Source: Octopus sinensis (taxonomy: Eukaryota). From it: a stretch of 64,000 bases of DNA. Below are positions 1-13,050 of the stretch, in pieces. Every line of letters starts with the position of its first letter. The stretch's first letter is position 1. Below the pieces are notes generated by a model. That model was not told where the DNA came from and ran no database searches. It saw nothing but the letters and a program-made list of their open reading frames with translations. Position numbers and translations under genes: made by a program. Location of the stretch: positions 7,130,001 through 7,194,000 of the forward strand of contig NC_043021.1 in the NCBI RefSeq assembly GCF_006345805.1, given 5' to 3'.

Positions 1-551
1 CCACCTCTCCCACCTCTCCATTATATGTATATATGTTAAAGCCTGTGAATTTGTTTTTGGTCTTCAGGCAAATCTCATGAGTGGTACTTCACACTCAGCC
101 TCAGCTTTATAATTCAGTCAGCTAAGAGCCGTGTATGAGGAAACTTGAGTGTTGATTTCAGCAGAATCTTTTAAATTGTTTATATTCTTCTTCAAATATT
201 GAGTATGTAACTTTTCTCCTGTTTGTTAACATATGTGTGTGCACATACTACTTACCTGAAGATTGGAGTGATGAAATTCAGTTATCGAATTTATTTATTG
301 AAGCTGAAACTTCATATTTTATAACTCTGAGTTTCATGTCTTTGATCATCAGATATCCTACCTTCAGCAGAAGGGCATATAAGATAATATAGTCCTGTAT
401 AGCTCTAAATAACAATGCTTCTAACTATAACACATGCAATGATGCGTAAGCACATGCATAGCTGCTTCGTTAAGAAGTTGACATAGTAACCATGTGGTTC
501 AGGGATAAGCATTATTCAGCAGATGACTTACTAAAATGATACTTCCACTGG

Positions 552-864
552 CCTCCGTGCTGGTGGCACGTAACAAACACCATCCGATCATGGCCGTTGC
601 CAGCCTGGCCTGGCCTCCCTGCCGGTGGCACGTAAAAAGCATCATCCGAGCGTGGCTGTTCACCAGCCTCGTCTGGCACGTGTGTCGGTGGCACATAAAA
701 AGCACCCACTACACTCACGGAGTGGTTGGCGTTAGGAAGGGCATCCAGCTGTAGAAACACTGCCAGATCTGACTGGCCTGGTGCAGCCTTCGGGCTTCCC
801 AGACCCCAGTTGAACCATCCAACCCATGCTAGCATGGAAAGCGGACATTAAACGATGATGATGA
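552..864 (+). mobile_element. SINE-like family A (RTE-type tail ending (GAT)n) with modular 5' repeats
   Basis: Body gcacccactacactc..gtggttggcgttaggaagggcatccagctgtagaaac..ccaacccatgctagcatggaaagcggac + (GAT)n recurs many times in the window on both strands. Confidence 0.8.
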
Positions 865-2654
865 GGGGTATTTCCCATGGCTTTACTTGTAACCCTGACC
901 AGGTTCTTATTGGGTATTATACTTTACCAAAAGGTGGTGGTTTTTAGTCTACTATAACCCCAGTCCAATCAAAGCCTTGCAAGTGGATTTGGCAGCTGGA
1001 AACTGAAAGAAGTCTGTCCATTCATCCATTTCCCGTATGCTTGTGTATTTCTGTGTCTCTTGTCTTGACATCATATGATGGTTGTAAATGAGCATCACTG
1101 TTATACAAGTGGTGTTTGTTTCCAATCTACTATGGAAACACGTCCAGCCATAGGGAAATATATTGTTTGGAAACAGGTGAGGGTTGGCAACAGGAAGGGC
1201 ATCCAGACATAGAAAATCTGCCTCGTCAATTTTCATCTGATCCATTTAAGCATGGAAAATGGACATTAAAATGTTGATAATGACGAATGGCTTATTTCTA
1301 TATTTGCTGACTTCTACCTCTAGAAACCATTTTCCTATCCACTGACAAGTTCTCTCTTCCATTCTGTGTGATTATGACTGATGATGTGATTGAGAAGGGC
1401 ATATCTAAGCAAGCTCAACTAGTTTAGCCACAATATTTTGATCTATACAGGAAGATTATTCAGTTATATACTACTAGCCAGATAGGTTGTATTCATTTAT
1501 GATCATTTCAGTGTGTCCTGTCTTCTTTGTTGCGACAAGGAGATATGTGGTTCAAACCACCTCTGTGTTCTCTTTTGAACAGGAGCTTATAATATCTAAT
1601 ACAATTAATATTAAATTATAGTTTCAAAGTTTGGCACAAAACCAGCAAATTTTGGAGAAGGGGATAAGTCAATTGCATCGATCCCAGTGCTCAACTGGTA
1701 CTTATTTTATCGATCCCAAAAGGATGAAAAGCAAAGTCGGTCTTGGTAGAATTTGAACTCAGAATATAAAGACAGATGAAATGCCACTAAGCATTTAACA
1801 TTATCAGTTTATTATTCATAGCGTAAATCATTGTCGAAAACAGGGTGCAGTGTATAAGTAGTTCATGTGTGGATGCTCCCCACTGCCATATGTGACGTTG
1901 CACATCTAACACATCCAAATCATAATGTAATTTAAATATTGATATGATCTTGATAACCTCTCACAAATTAAGTTATATGTTATGTAGAAAATGTTAAACT
2001 CTGTTTAAGATCAAAAGATAGAATTTCATTTTAACCTTTAAAAATGCTAGTTTGTATATAATGTTATTCAGACAACAGTTATCTACCTCTGTCTATGTTA
2101 TCTTATGATAAATGCTGTAATCTGATTAGTCAACAATCTGCTAAGTTGATATTACATGCCATGTTGACAGGTGGGATTATTCAAAATAACATTTTGGTTA
2201 GCATTCCTGGATACCTAGTGATCTCAGGCCGTCACTCTCATCATTATCAGGTAGTCGTCATCATCACAGTTTGTCTGCCAAATTCATTTGCAAGGTATTA
2301 GTTAGTCTGTGGCTATAGATGAAGACATGCCACAGTCTTGCTTCGATCAATGACCATCAGTTCTTTAGATGCAACCAGTGGTTCACTTTTAGAACTAAGT
2401 GATCCTGGTCAATGTTACCATTTCCCAAAATCTTCTAAATTTCACCATTGATCATAGGATTATAGTTCAATTGATTCCTCCACCAAAACTGTACACCCAC
2501 CATACTGCTTCCCAAGGTTTCTGATGGTGGCTCTCATTTAGTCTAATCTTTTACTTTAGACATGCTTGACTCAGTCAGACTTGCCAGAAGGAAAACTCCT
2601 CTTGGTAAATCTCTTTTCATTGTAATAATATGCAAGCTCCACTACCATGATTAA

Positions 2655-2872
2655 CTCTTTAGCATTTAGACTGGCCGTATCCAACCAAAATATTCTACCT
2701 GTTTTATGTTTAAACTGGTTAGATCTAACCTCTCACACCAACCCTACAATATCATTCTAAAAATTAAGTTACCTTATCAAAATCTCAAAACTATGAGATA
2801 ATGCATGATTAATACAAAACAATGTGAATAAATAAGCATTTCATTTGATAAAATAATTTGAAGGCCAAAGAG
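2655..2872 (+). mobile_element. piggyBac-like MITE family P2 (degenerate copy)
   Basis: TTAA on both sides; ends CTCTTTAGCATT...CAAAGAG; homologous to 11115-11335. Confidence 0.75.
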
Positions 2873-5489
2873 TTAAGACAAGAATTATTGGTGACTGTAT
2901 GGTGACCTATTGGTGACCTTGGAAAAGTGTCTCCTACTGTAACCCTGGGCTGACAAATGCCTTGTGAGTAATTTAATGGAAGCCTGTTGTATACATACGT
3001 ACGTATATATGTATGTATGCATGTATGTATCTTTGTGTTCCCCCAGCTGACCATTTGACAACCAGGGTTCGTTTGTTTACATCTCTGTAACTTTAGTAGT
3101 TTGGCAAAAGAGACTGATAGAATAAGTACTAGATAAGTATTAGATTTTAAAGTAATACATACCGGAGTAGATTTGTTCAGCTAAACCTTTCAAGGTGGTA
3201 CTCCAGCATGGCCACAGCCCACTGACTGGAACTAATAAAAAATATGAGATAGTATCTACGGAGATTGATCTTAAGCTATATATCAGCAAAACTTGGGCAT
3301 CACTTCAAATTATCAGGGTAATAGGAAAAGAGCTCTTTCTGCACAGTAGTTAAATCTGTGTTACTTTATGGCTCTTCCATCTGGAATCTAAGTAGATGAC
3401 TTGAAGGAACTATGCCAGATGGCATATTGAGAGACAATTTTGTGCCATTTTTACCATGGGCTCCTAGGGAGCGTTTTGTTTGAAAAGCTTGCTGCGCATT
3501 TGTTTTGAGATTTTAAATTCCTGGATTTTCCTGAAGAGAAAGCTGCAGAATGGTCTCCTTATTCAATCCGAATTTGGGAATTTGCAGCCTTTGAAACATG
3601 TGTAGAAAATAATAAAAAGGAATTTTGTAGAATCTTCGTTCGGCTCCATTTCTTCCCTTCACTATATCTATATATATATATATATATATATATATGTTTG
3701 GTTTGTGCCATTTTGAACATGCCTTGGAAAAAACACCCCACCCCAAAAAATTTCTTCTTTTTTAAATTTTCAAAATATCAAACCTCATTAGACATGCTGG
3801 ACACTGCTGGAGAAGTAATGGAGAATTGGTTTGCAACACCCTTCTCTGGACACCTTGAAATAATCATAATTGCGTTAGCCAACCAGCAAATGCATATGTT
3901 ATGTTGATCAGTTAACACATGAAACTGGTTGTCTTTGATCCGATCAGGTGACCACAACATCTGTTGTGGTTTAACTAAATTTTTTCTTCATGTTCTTTTT
4001 CAATTATTTTATACACAATACTTTTAGAGAACCAATAAGTCTGTCCTTTTTCACCAGCATTTCTCCCATCAACATAATAATAAGAAATTTTAGTAAATTT
4101 TTGTATTGTTGTTTTGCTTTTATAAATTAAATGAAATTTCTTTGGTTTCTTTATAAGTAATAATCTCTACAAAAAAAAAAGAAAAAAGAAAAATTATCAT
4201 GAGGAACTCTTCACTCCCTATGCAAACCACTTCTTTTAAACAACATCTTAACCATAAAAAAAGAAAAAGAAAATTGTCTTTAGCATATAACTGTTGCTTT
4301 TTGTATTTTTTCTTTCTAAATCATTTAAAAAATTTTTTTATTTATTCTCTATTTTATTTAACATTTTTTTTATAACCTATGAAATTAGTTTCTCAAAGAA
4401 GCTTTATAAACTCTTATCTCATTAAATTATAGAAAACAAATTAAAAAACATAGTTGGTGATGAGTGGATGCTGGTGGATGGTGGGTGGCGCTTAGGAGAA
4501 ATATACAAAAATGACAACCAAGCTGTGTGTGTAATGATGATGATGATGATGATAATAATAATATAGCATTGTGGTATGTAGGAAATTGGAAATAATGTAA
4601 ATGATGTAAACTGTAGTGGCAGCAGTAGCAGCTGCGGAAAGAAACTGTTGGAAAAGGCCGTTGGAACAGGGATTGTTGGTGCTCTACCCTTATTGAACAG
4701 ACCTGTAATTCAAGAGGTTCAGGACATGATTAAATCTTGGTTTAAAGTCATTATGCACCCAGAACTACATTATTTTTCATGTCACCTTCACTTTTTAAGA
4801 TTGTAGGGTGTGTAGCACAGGAGATTTAGCTTGTATTTCTAGCTAGTCGACTGACTGCACAGAGCCCCCTCCCTCACCTTCCATATCTTTTTGTGGCTTG
4901 TGTTCACAGTTAAGTGGAGGGTGAAAGAATTGGTAAAAGCTATGATGTGAAAATTCTTTCTTGACCCCACCCTTTCACAGCTGTGTTTGTGTGTGTGAGA
5001 GAGCTGACGGAACAGCTCCAGTACTTTGCTAGCACTTTCTTGACCTTGAAAGGATGAAAAGCAAAGTTGACCTAAGTAGGATTTGAACTCAGAATATAAA
5101 GAGCTGGAATGAATACCACAAGACACAAGATGTTCTGTTTGAATGCTTTAGTGACTCTGCCAGTTAGCCCCCTTATGGCTCTTGTTGGAACAATAGAATT
5201 AATTGGGTATTGGTTGGCAGAAATTCACCTTTTAACAGAATTACAAGAGCTGGTCCTTAACACTCACTGGTTGTCTTGTAGGATTAAGCCTGGAAGCAAT
5301 ATATGAATTTCTCAGCACAGTCCACTGAGGACATGGACACCTCTATGGTAGGAGTGATGCCTTAGCAAAAATTCTGGAACTAATTTTTGTAGTCATGTGG
5401 TAGGAAAACCTGAGATCTCAACCTACAAACTACATCCTACAACAGAATTAGAGCATAATGTATTGTGGATATTCGACACAGCAACTGCA

Positions 5490-5660
5490 GGCTGGAAGCA
5501 GCTTTGTGGCCCTGCACTTGATGGCTGGATGTGATTGGAGATGTGATTGACATCACCTTGGAGGATGCAAAGGAGCTGGCAAAGGACCACCAGTGATGGA
5601 GAGCACTGGTGTACCTGGTCAGCTCTACACATGGTGATGTCTCTGGGACCACTAACCTGG
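5490..5660 (+). mobile_element. RTE-clade LINE 3' remnant
   Basis: Translates ...WLDVIGDVIDITLEDAKELAKDHQ*WRALVYLVSST, the typical RTE ORF C-terminus, with a stop. Confidence 0.7.
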
Positions 5661-6721
5661 GATGACCCCCAACCCTATCAAGTTAGAGCATGAAGCAAGG
5701 AAGCAAGTATTATGGATATACTGTGAAATGGGGGAATTAACTCAGATAATCAGATTATCAAAGTTAACTCCCTCATCTCACAATATACTCATAATTCATA
5801 TGTTCTAATCCGGTTTTTATTCAAAATGTTCATTAAACGGTTTTGTGTAATTGATGAACCTAATGAGTGAATTACACAATTATTGCATTATCTCGTGAAA
5901 TAATTGATAGTGTATCCTGTCAATTGTATCCTTATACTACACACACACACACACACACACACTCTGATACTCCTACAACATGCACATATACATACATGCA
6001 TCATCATCATTTTGATGTCCACTTTTTTTTTTTGTGTTAGCATAGATCAGATGGAATTTATAGAGGCAGATTTTCTATGGCTGGATGCCCTTCCTGTTGC
6101 CAACCTTCATTTGTCTTCGAGCAAGCAAATATTTATCCATAACTGTATTTGTTTTGAAGAGAGTTTGGAACTGAATGACACTACTTGTATGAAGGTGACA
6201 CTTGTTTACTGCTGTCACATGATGAAAGGGGGAGGCATGCGCATACTTGCACACATGACAGGTTTCTAGTTTCTGTCTTGAATCTGCTCATAAGACTTTG
6301 GTTGGCCAGAGGTTATAGTAGAAGACATTTGTTCAAGATGTCACACTGTGGGTTTGAACCTGAACCCATGTGGTTGGGAAGCAAATTTTTTAACCACACT
6401 GCCATGCCTGCATCTGTGTCTATCACTGACAAGGTAAAATATCTCTGAAACATTGCATCTTGTAGTCTATTGCTGTCACTTGGAGTTTGGGGTGCCTTTG
6501 CACACAAAGTCTGCCAGGAGAAATTATTTCTGTGATAAAATCCTGCAACGAATACCATTCATGATTTAGAGTACAGGAATGCTTTAAAAATAGATGTGCA
6601 CATCATTATTTTGATTCTTGCTTCTTCCATATTTATACTGTGTGTATGGTGGTGGTGGTGGGGGGCTTGGTTTCTTTAGGTAATCAAATGACGTTTCCCC
6701 TTGCTTTTTCTCTCGGCGTGA

Positions 6722-6783
6722 CTAATAATAATAATAATAATAATGGTAGTAATAATAATAATGGTAATAATAATAATAATAAT

Positions 6784-6816
<33 letters not shown>

Positions 6817-6910
6817 GGTAATAATAATGGTAATGGTAGTAATAATAATAATAATAATAATGGTAATAATAATAATAATAATGGTAATAATAATAATAAT
6901 GGTAATAATA

Positions 6911-6941
<31 letters not shown>

Positions 6942-7012
6942 TGGTAATAATAATAATGGTAATGGTAGTAATAATAATAATGGTAATAATAATAATAATG
7001 GTAATAATAATA

Positions 7013-7078
<66 letters not shown>

Positions 7079-7177
7079 GTAATGGTAGTAATAATAATAA
7101 TAATAATAATGGTAATAATAATAATAATGGTAATAATGATAATAATAATAATAATAATAATAATAATGGTAATAATA
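6722..7177 (+). repeat. (AAT)n array interrupted by GGT/GAT/AGT
   Basis: Read directly; accounts for the poly-Asn and poly-Ile ORFs at 6640-7260. Confidence 0.97.
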
Positions 7178-7188
7178 AGAGTCATAAT

Positions 7189-7363
7189 GGCCTCAAATTT
7201 TGGCTCAAGGCCAGCAATTTTGGGAGAAGGGGATTCATTGTATTGATTGCGAAAACATGAAAAGCAAAGTTGACCATGGTGGTATTTGAACTCAAAAGGT
7301 AAAGCCAGAATAAATGCTACTAAGCATTTTTGTCCAGCATGCTAATGACTTGGCCAGCTCACC
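7189..7363 (-). mobile_element. Older tRNA-derived SINE (family C relative with (ATT)n tail)
   Basis: Contains the reverse of the gactttgcctttcat core and a B-box-like gagttcaaat. Relatives near 1620-1795, 12030-12230, 24710-24920, 30940-31170, 34990-35150, 63590-63830. Confidence 0.7.
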
Positions 7364-8746
7364 ATCTTAATAATAATAATGATAACAACAACAACAATAG
7401 TAGTAGTAGTAGTAGTTGTAGTAAATGGTTTTGTAACTTCAAAGCCTACTATAGTTTTTGAGTATTTTTAGTATGCCACACACTCATATCTTGTTAAAAT
7501 AATGGAAATGTTATATTTACTTATCCAACTAAGTAGTAACAAGCTTTAATCTTATCTTAATGGCTTTTTTTAATGGCTTTAATGTTGTTTCCTCTTTGCT
7601 GAGTATGACTCACCTGAATTAATTAAGGTACTTTATATTTGTAGCAAACTACAACTGATAAATATGACACTACAAAATACTGCCAGGTGGTTGGTGTCGT
7701 CACATTGTTCAGGAATTTATTTTGCATTCATGTGGTTCCAAGTTCAATCTCACTACACAGCCTCTTGGGTAAATGATGTTGTTGACCCAAGACTTATTAG
7801 TAAAATTGGATAGATGGAAATTGTTTTGGAAGCTTGTCAAATAGACTGTACCTTTTCTTGGACTGTAAGCTTAATTGGTTGTTCAGTTTAATGGTCTAGG
7901 CCCTGTGGAGTCTAATCTGTTGTAAGAATTGAAACAAAGTCCCTGGTTTGACGATAACTGTTCCCTTTTCCTCACCAATCTCCAAGGACATGTAAAAATG
8001 CCATACGTTCTTCTGTTCCTCCTCTAAACTAAAATGTAGCATTTAAGTTTTTAAGCATTAGATTATTATCTTTTACTTGCTTCAGTCATTAAAGTGTGGC
8101 CATGCTGGGGCATGGCCTTGAAGAATTTTTAGTTGAATAAATCGACCCCAGCATTTATTTTTTTTTAAAGATTCGTACTTATTCTATCAGTCTCTTTTGT
8201 CAAACCTCTAAGTTTTGGGATGTGTAAACACATCATCACCTGCTGTCAAACAGTGGTGGGGGACAGACAAAGACACACATGCACACACACACACAGATTT
8301 ACATCATGTCTGGTAAGTTCACCATCACCAATTCACCGCAGGAAAAGCTCACCATCATCAATTCACCATTTTTTCAATAAAATAGTTTTTAATTATTAAT
8401 AGTGAGATACTATGGATATATTTTCTCGCCAAACTTTCCTTGCAGTGAACTTTCCTAATGGTGAATTGATGGCAGTGAACTCTCCTGTGATGAACTGATG
8501 GTGGTGAACTTACCTGTAATCGATACATACATACATACATACATATAGTTATTTTATATTCTGTTAAGAACATAGTAGAGTACAGTATAAAGCTTGTCCA
8601 CCTTCAGATTTCACCTTGTGGTATCCAGTAGCAGTAGTGTTATATGTACTTCCAGGTTTGCGCTTGGGTATCTGTTGTGTGTGAATAGGTAATTGAAAAA
8701 ATAAAAATGTCCAGCCGTACCCCTTCTTATTGACTTCAATTTTTTC

Positions 8747-8810
<64 letters not shown>

Positions 8811-9792
8811 GACAGGCTTCTTTCAGTTTCCATTGCCAAATCCATTCATATGGTTTTGTTCAGCCCGAGGCTATAGTAAGAAAACACCTATCCAAGATGC
8901 ATTACAGTAGGACTGAACCAAGAACCATGTAGTTGGGAAGCAAGCTTCTTACCATACAACCATACTTGAGCCTATTATTATGATAATATTTATTCTTGAA
9001 TTTAGTATTGATCACATTTCAAGAAATGACACAGTTTATGTGCAAGTGGAGGACACAATCAATTAATTCATCCTTAGAATATTTGATTGTATCCATCCTA
9101 GAATGGAAGGATAAAGTGTAGTTTGTCTTATCAAAACCAGGTTTTTTTCTTCCCTTTACAGTTCAATTGTCAGCACTTAAGAAGGGGCATCCATCCATCT
9201 AATCAAGTTCATTACAGTGGTCAGCACTGGGAAGGGACATCTATCCATCTAGCTGTAAAATCAGGTCCCTTTCTCAGTTTCACAGTTCATTGGTCAGCAC
9301 TAAGAAGTGGCACCCATCTATCTCGCTGTAAAATCCACTGCTCTCACAAATAAACCATCATGCCGTACAGTGTAACATGGAATAATGGTTGCAAAACTGT
9401 AGAATATCTTATAATCTGAAATAAACTGGTGTCTTCAGTACTGTGATTGGAATAACCAGTGTAACTAAAAACATACATTTCTACTTATTTTCGTCTTTGT
9501 GTCATGTTGTTATTATTTCATCCAATCACATTGCCAATGCTTGCACTGTTATGCAAATTAGGCAGTCCAGCTTAATTCTGAGTTGGCTGTGTGCACTATA
9601 AATAGCCATAGGCTATTATTCTGTGGGCGGAAATGACTAACCTGATCACTGATGAAGCAATAATAAATGCTGATTGAACTTTTAACCTTGCATGATTGGT
9701 GTAGCTCTGGAGAGAGAGAGAGAGAGAGAGCTTGTGTGTGTGTGCATGCATGTGTGTGTGTGTTTGTGCATGCATGTGTGTGTGTTTGTGCA

Positions 9793-9825
<33 letters not shown>

Positions 9826-9834
9826 ATACACCTA

Positions 9835-10064
9835 TTTCTTTATTACCCACAAGGGGTTAAACACAGAGGGGGACAAACAAGGACAGACATAGGTAGTAAG
9901 TCGATTACATCGACCCCAGTGCATAACTGGTACTTAATTTATCGACCCCGAAAGGATGAAAGGCAAAGTCGACCTCGGCGGAATTTGAACTCAGAACATA
10001 ATGGCATAAACGACGAAATACCGCTAAGCATTTCGCCCGGCATGCTAACGTTTCTGCTAACTCG
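9835..10064 (-). mobile_element. Young tRNA-derived SINE family C (~230 bp), full length
   Basis: A-box/B-box head, core gactttgcctttcatcctttcggggtcgataaa, tail ...gggtaataaagaaa. Flanking direct repeat GTGCATACACCTA (9822-9834, 10065-10077). Confidence 0.9.
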
Positions 10065-10545
10065 GTGCATACACCTACCTGATAGTTGGTGTCTTTTCTG
10101 TATATGTATGTGCCTCATGGCTGATGTGTCTGTGTAGTTTCTGTCCATTGAAGGGATGGGATTTTTCATTTACTCTTCAGTCTGTCCTTTGGCTCTAAAG
10201 TTGTTCGAAAAGCCTCTTGCCATGGTTACGTGATGAATATGAAGTGATGTTTGTGAATTTGAAACCTTGCTCTAAATAGAACTAACGCAAGACACAAATC
10301 AGTGAAAATACTGACTCACTAAATGTTATGTAAACAACTTGTTGTTTTGATTTCTCTGCCAAATCTGTGCAGCATTTGAAAATTTGTTTTAGTGTGGTTG
10401 TGATAGTGGCGGTGGCAAGGAGTAGATGAATAAGGAGTGGGTAAGGAAGGGGAAGTCGAGTGGAGGGTAGTAGTGGTGGTGTGTATTTTACCACCTCTCC
10501 TTGATATTTCCTCCTTCAACTGGACATAGTAGCCAGTTTTTTTAA

Positions 10546-10767
10546 CCCTTTCGTTACTGTATTTATTTTGAGATGTTCTGTGTTTCTTTCAATTAATTTT
10601 AAATATAACAAAGAATTTAGTGAAATAACTTAGTTATCATAAAGCTAGTGTTAGGAACATAAATTGTGACTAAGGTTTGGTGGAAGATTTTAATTCAAAA
10701 CTTATGAAAACAAGATATTTGTTACTCAGAGCCAGAGGCGGTTTCGGCCAGGTTGGTAACGAAAGGG
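10546..10767 (+). mobile_element. piggyBac-like MITE family P1
   Basis: TTAA|CCCTTTCGTTAC ... GTAACGAAAGGG|TTGA; perfect 12-bp TIR; other copies at 41599-41822 and 45743-45971. Confidence 0.85.
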
Positions 10768-10904
10768 TTGATTACTCTTGTGGTCCTTTTGCTGTGGCTG
10801 CTGCTAGTCCAGCACTGCCTACAGGTATGTTGGTTTGGTGTTATATAGACTACAAAGTACCTTGCCCTCTTCCCTATTCTTTTATTTGTTTCAGTTATTA
10901 GACT

Positions 10905-11460
10905 GTGGCCATGCTGGAGCACCACTTGGAAGAATTTTAATCAAATGGATTGACTCCCATACCCATTTCTTAAAGCCTGCTGCTTATTCTATTGGCCTCT
11001 TTTACTGAACTGCCAAGTTACTTGGACGTAAACACACCAACATTGGTTATCAAGTAGTGGTGGGGGCAACACACACACACACACTATGGACTTCTTTCAA
11101 TTTCCACCTATTAACCCTTTAGCATTTAAACCGGCCATATCCGGCCAAAAGTATTCTGCCTGTTTTATGTTCAAACTAGCCAGATCTGGTCTCTCAGACA
11201 AACCCTACAATATCGTTTTAAAAATTTACAGCTACCTCATCAAAATTTCATAGCTACAAGATAAGATATGATTAGTTCAAAACAATGTGGATAAAAAAGC
11301 ATTAATTTTGGCAGAATGATGCGAACACTAAAGGGTTAAATCCACTCAAGGCTTTGGCTGGCCTGAGGCTATAATAGAAGATACTTGCCCAATGTGCCAT
11401 GCAGTGGCACTGAACCTGGAACCATGTGGTTGGGAAGCAAACTTCTTACCACACAGCCAT
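10905..11460 (-). mobile_element. CORE-like SINE family B, interrupted by a P2 MITE
   Basis: Reverse of gctgtgtggtaagaag..ggttccaggttcag..ttgggcaagt..aagcctt plus the 3' module; split at TTAA 11111/11336. Confidence 0.8.
11115..11335 (+). mobile_element. piggyBac-like MITE family P2
   Basis: TTAA|CCCTTTAG...CTAAAGGG|TTAA, nested in a SINE whose sequence resumes after the second TTAA. Confidence 0.9.
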
Positions 11461-11792
11461 ACCCCAGAAGGAACAATTTGTAGTAATGGTGCTGCCCCAC
11501 CCTATACACACTTGGGCATATGAAAGCATGCAGAATTAATTTATTTGATGCTGATGATTATGTATGTACTTAATTCATACATCGAACTCTGACCATGCTG
11601 GAGCAGTGAAGGATACATTTAACTGAATCAGCTCCAGTACTTATTTTAAAGTCTGATACTTATTCTATTGGTCTCTTTTGCCAAACTGCTAAGTTATGGT
11701 GATATAAACAAACCATACTAGTTATTAAGAGATATACATAGCTGTTTTTTCTAGGAGTGGTATTATCGTATAGAAGCTCTTTCATTGGCTGT

Positions 11793-11967
11793 CATCATCA
11801 TCATCATCATCATCGTTTAACGTCCGTTTTCCGCGCTAGCACGGGTTGGACGGTTTCGACCGGGGTCTGGGGAGCTCGGGACTGCCCCAGGCTCCAGTCT
11901 AGTCTGGCAGTGTTTCTACAGCTGGATGCCCTTCCTAACGCCAACCACTCCGCGAGTGTAGTGGGTG
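11793..11967 (-). mobile_element. SINE family A copy
   Basis: (CAT)n followed by the reverse complement of the family A body. Confidence 0.85.
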
Positions 11968-12260
11968 TTGGGTTTTAATATTCGTGGAACTAATTACTTT
12001 TATAATCCAAGTCATGTTCTTCAAATATTGGTGCAAGGCCAGCAATTCCAGGAGAGGGGATAAGTCAATTACATTGACCCCAGTGTTCAACTGCTACTTA
12101 TTTTATCAACCCTGAAAGGATGAAAGGCAAAGTTGACTTCGGTGGAATTTGAACTCAGAATGTGAAGACGGACGAACGAAATGCTGTTAAGCATTTTGCC
12201 TAGTATGCTAACAACTCTGCCAGTTTGCTAGTTTATGTACTTACCAGTATTGGGATTGCC

Positions 12261-12643
12261 GTGGAGGCGCAATGGCCCAGTGGTTAGGGCAGCGGACTCG
12301 CGGTCGTAGGATCGCGGTTTCGATTCCCAGACCGGGCGTTGTGAGTGTTTATTGAGCGAAAACACCTAAAGCTCCACGAGGCTCCAGCAGGGGATGGTGG
12401 TGATCCCTGCTGTACTCTTTCACCACAACTTTCTCTCACTCTTTCTTCCTGTTTCTGTTGTACCTGTATTTCAAAGGGCCGGCCATGTCACTCTCTGTGT
12501 CACGCTGAATATCCCCGAGAACTACGTTGAGGGTACACATGTCTGTGGAGTGCTCAGCCACTTACACATTAATTTCACGAGCAGGCTGTTCCATTGGTCG
12601 GATCAACCGGAACCCTCATCGTCGTAACCGATGGAGTGCTTCC
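12261..12643 (+). mobile_element. Complete young tRNA-derived SINE (family D, 383 bp)
   Basis: A-box TGGCCCAGTGG, B-box GTTTCGATTCC, CpG-rich, 12-bp TSD ATTGGGATTGCC (12249-12260, 12644-12655). Decayed relatives near 36700, 52900, 57240, 61470. Confidence 0.9.
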
Positions 12644-13001
12644 ATTGGGATTGCCAATGCATTCTTAAACAATTATTTTGGAAGATGAAAGCATCGACTC
12701 CAATTAAAAAAATGAAAAAGACTTGGATGTAACTTTGATGTGAGCAAATCTTTGTTCACAGCACCTTTGTAAGATAGATTTTCATCAATACAAAGCTATT
12801 TGTATTATTATTTGGATGAGAGAGAGAAAGAGAGAGAAGCATTGATGTAAATGGTTTCAATTAGCAAAGTAAATCTGCCCTTCAACTATTAACTATCATA
12901 TACAAAGAATTCTTTTGGCCAAATTCTATTAGCATATCAGCTGAAACTGTGTTAAATCCAGCTGTTTCTTGGCACTGGATATTTCCAGTCTAGATCTTTA
13001 G

Positions 13002-13050
<49 letters not shown>

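Noticed and set aside
250-320. Third hammerhead (CTGAAGA...GAAAC)
   Set aside because: No convincing stem I or stem II pairing around the core-like words.
3250-3960. Overlapping 60-77 aa ORFs suggesting a gene or transposase
   Set aside because: No recognisable motif in the frames I translated, interrupted by stops and (TA)n; left unassigned.
6640-7260. 206-aa Asn-rich ORF and overlapping Ile-rich ORFs
   Set aside because: Translation of an (AAT)n microsatellite, which lacks stops in several frames; no splice or homology support.
9160-9340. Triplicated gtcagcact..gaagggcatc motif as a novel element
   Set aside because: Degenerate copies of the motif already present in SINE family A.
12261-12335. 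tRNA gene
   Set aside because: A and B boxes are present, but there is no matching acceptor stem, and it runs into a 300-bp body bounded by a TSD, so it is a SINE head.
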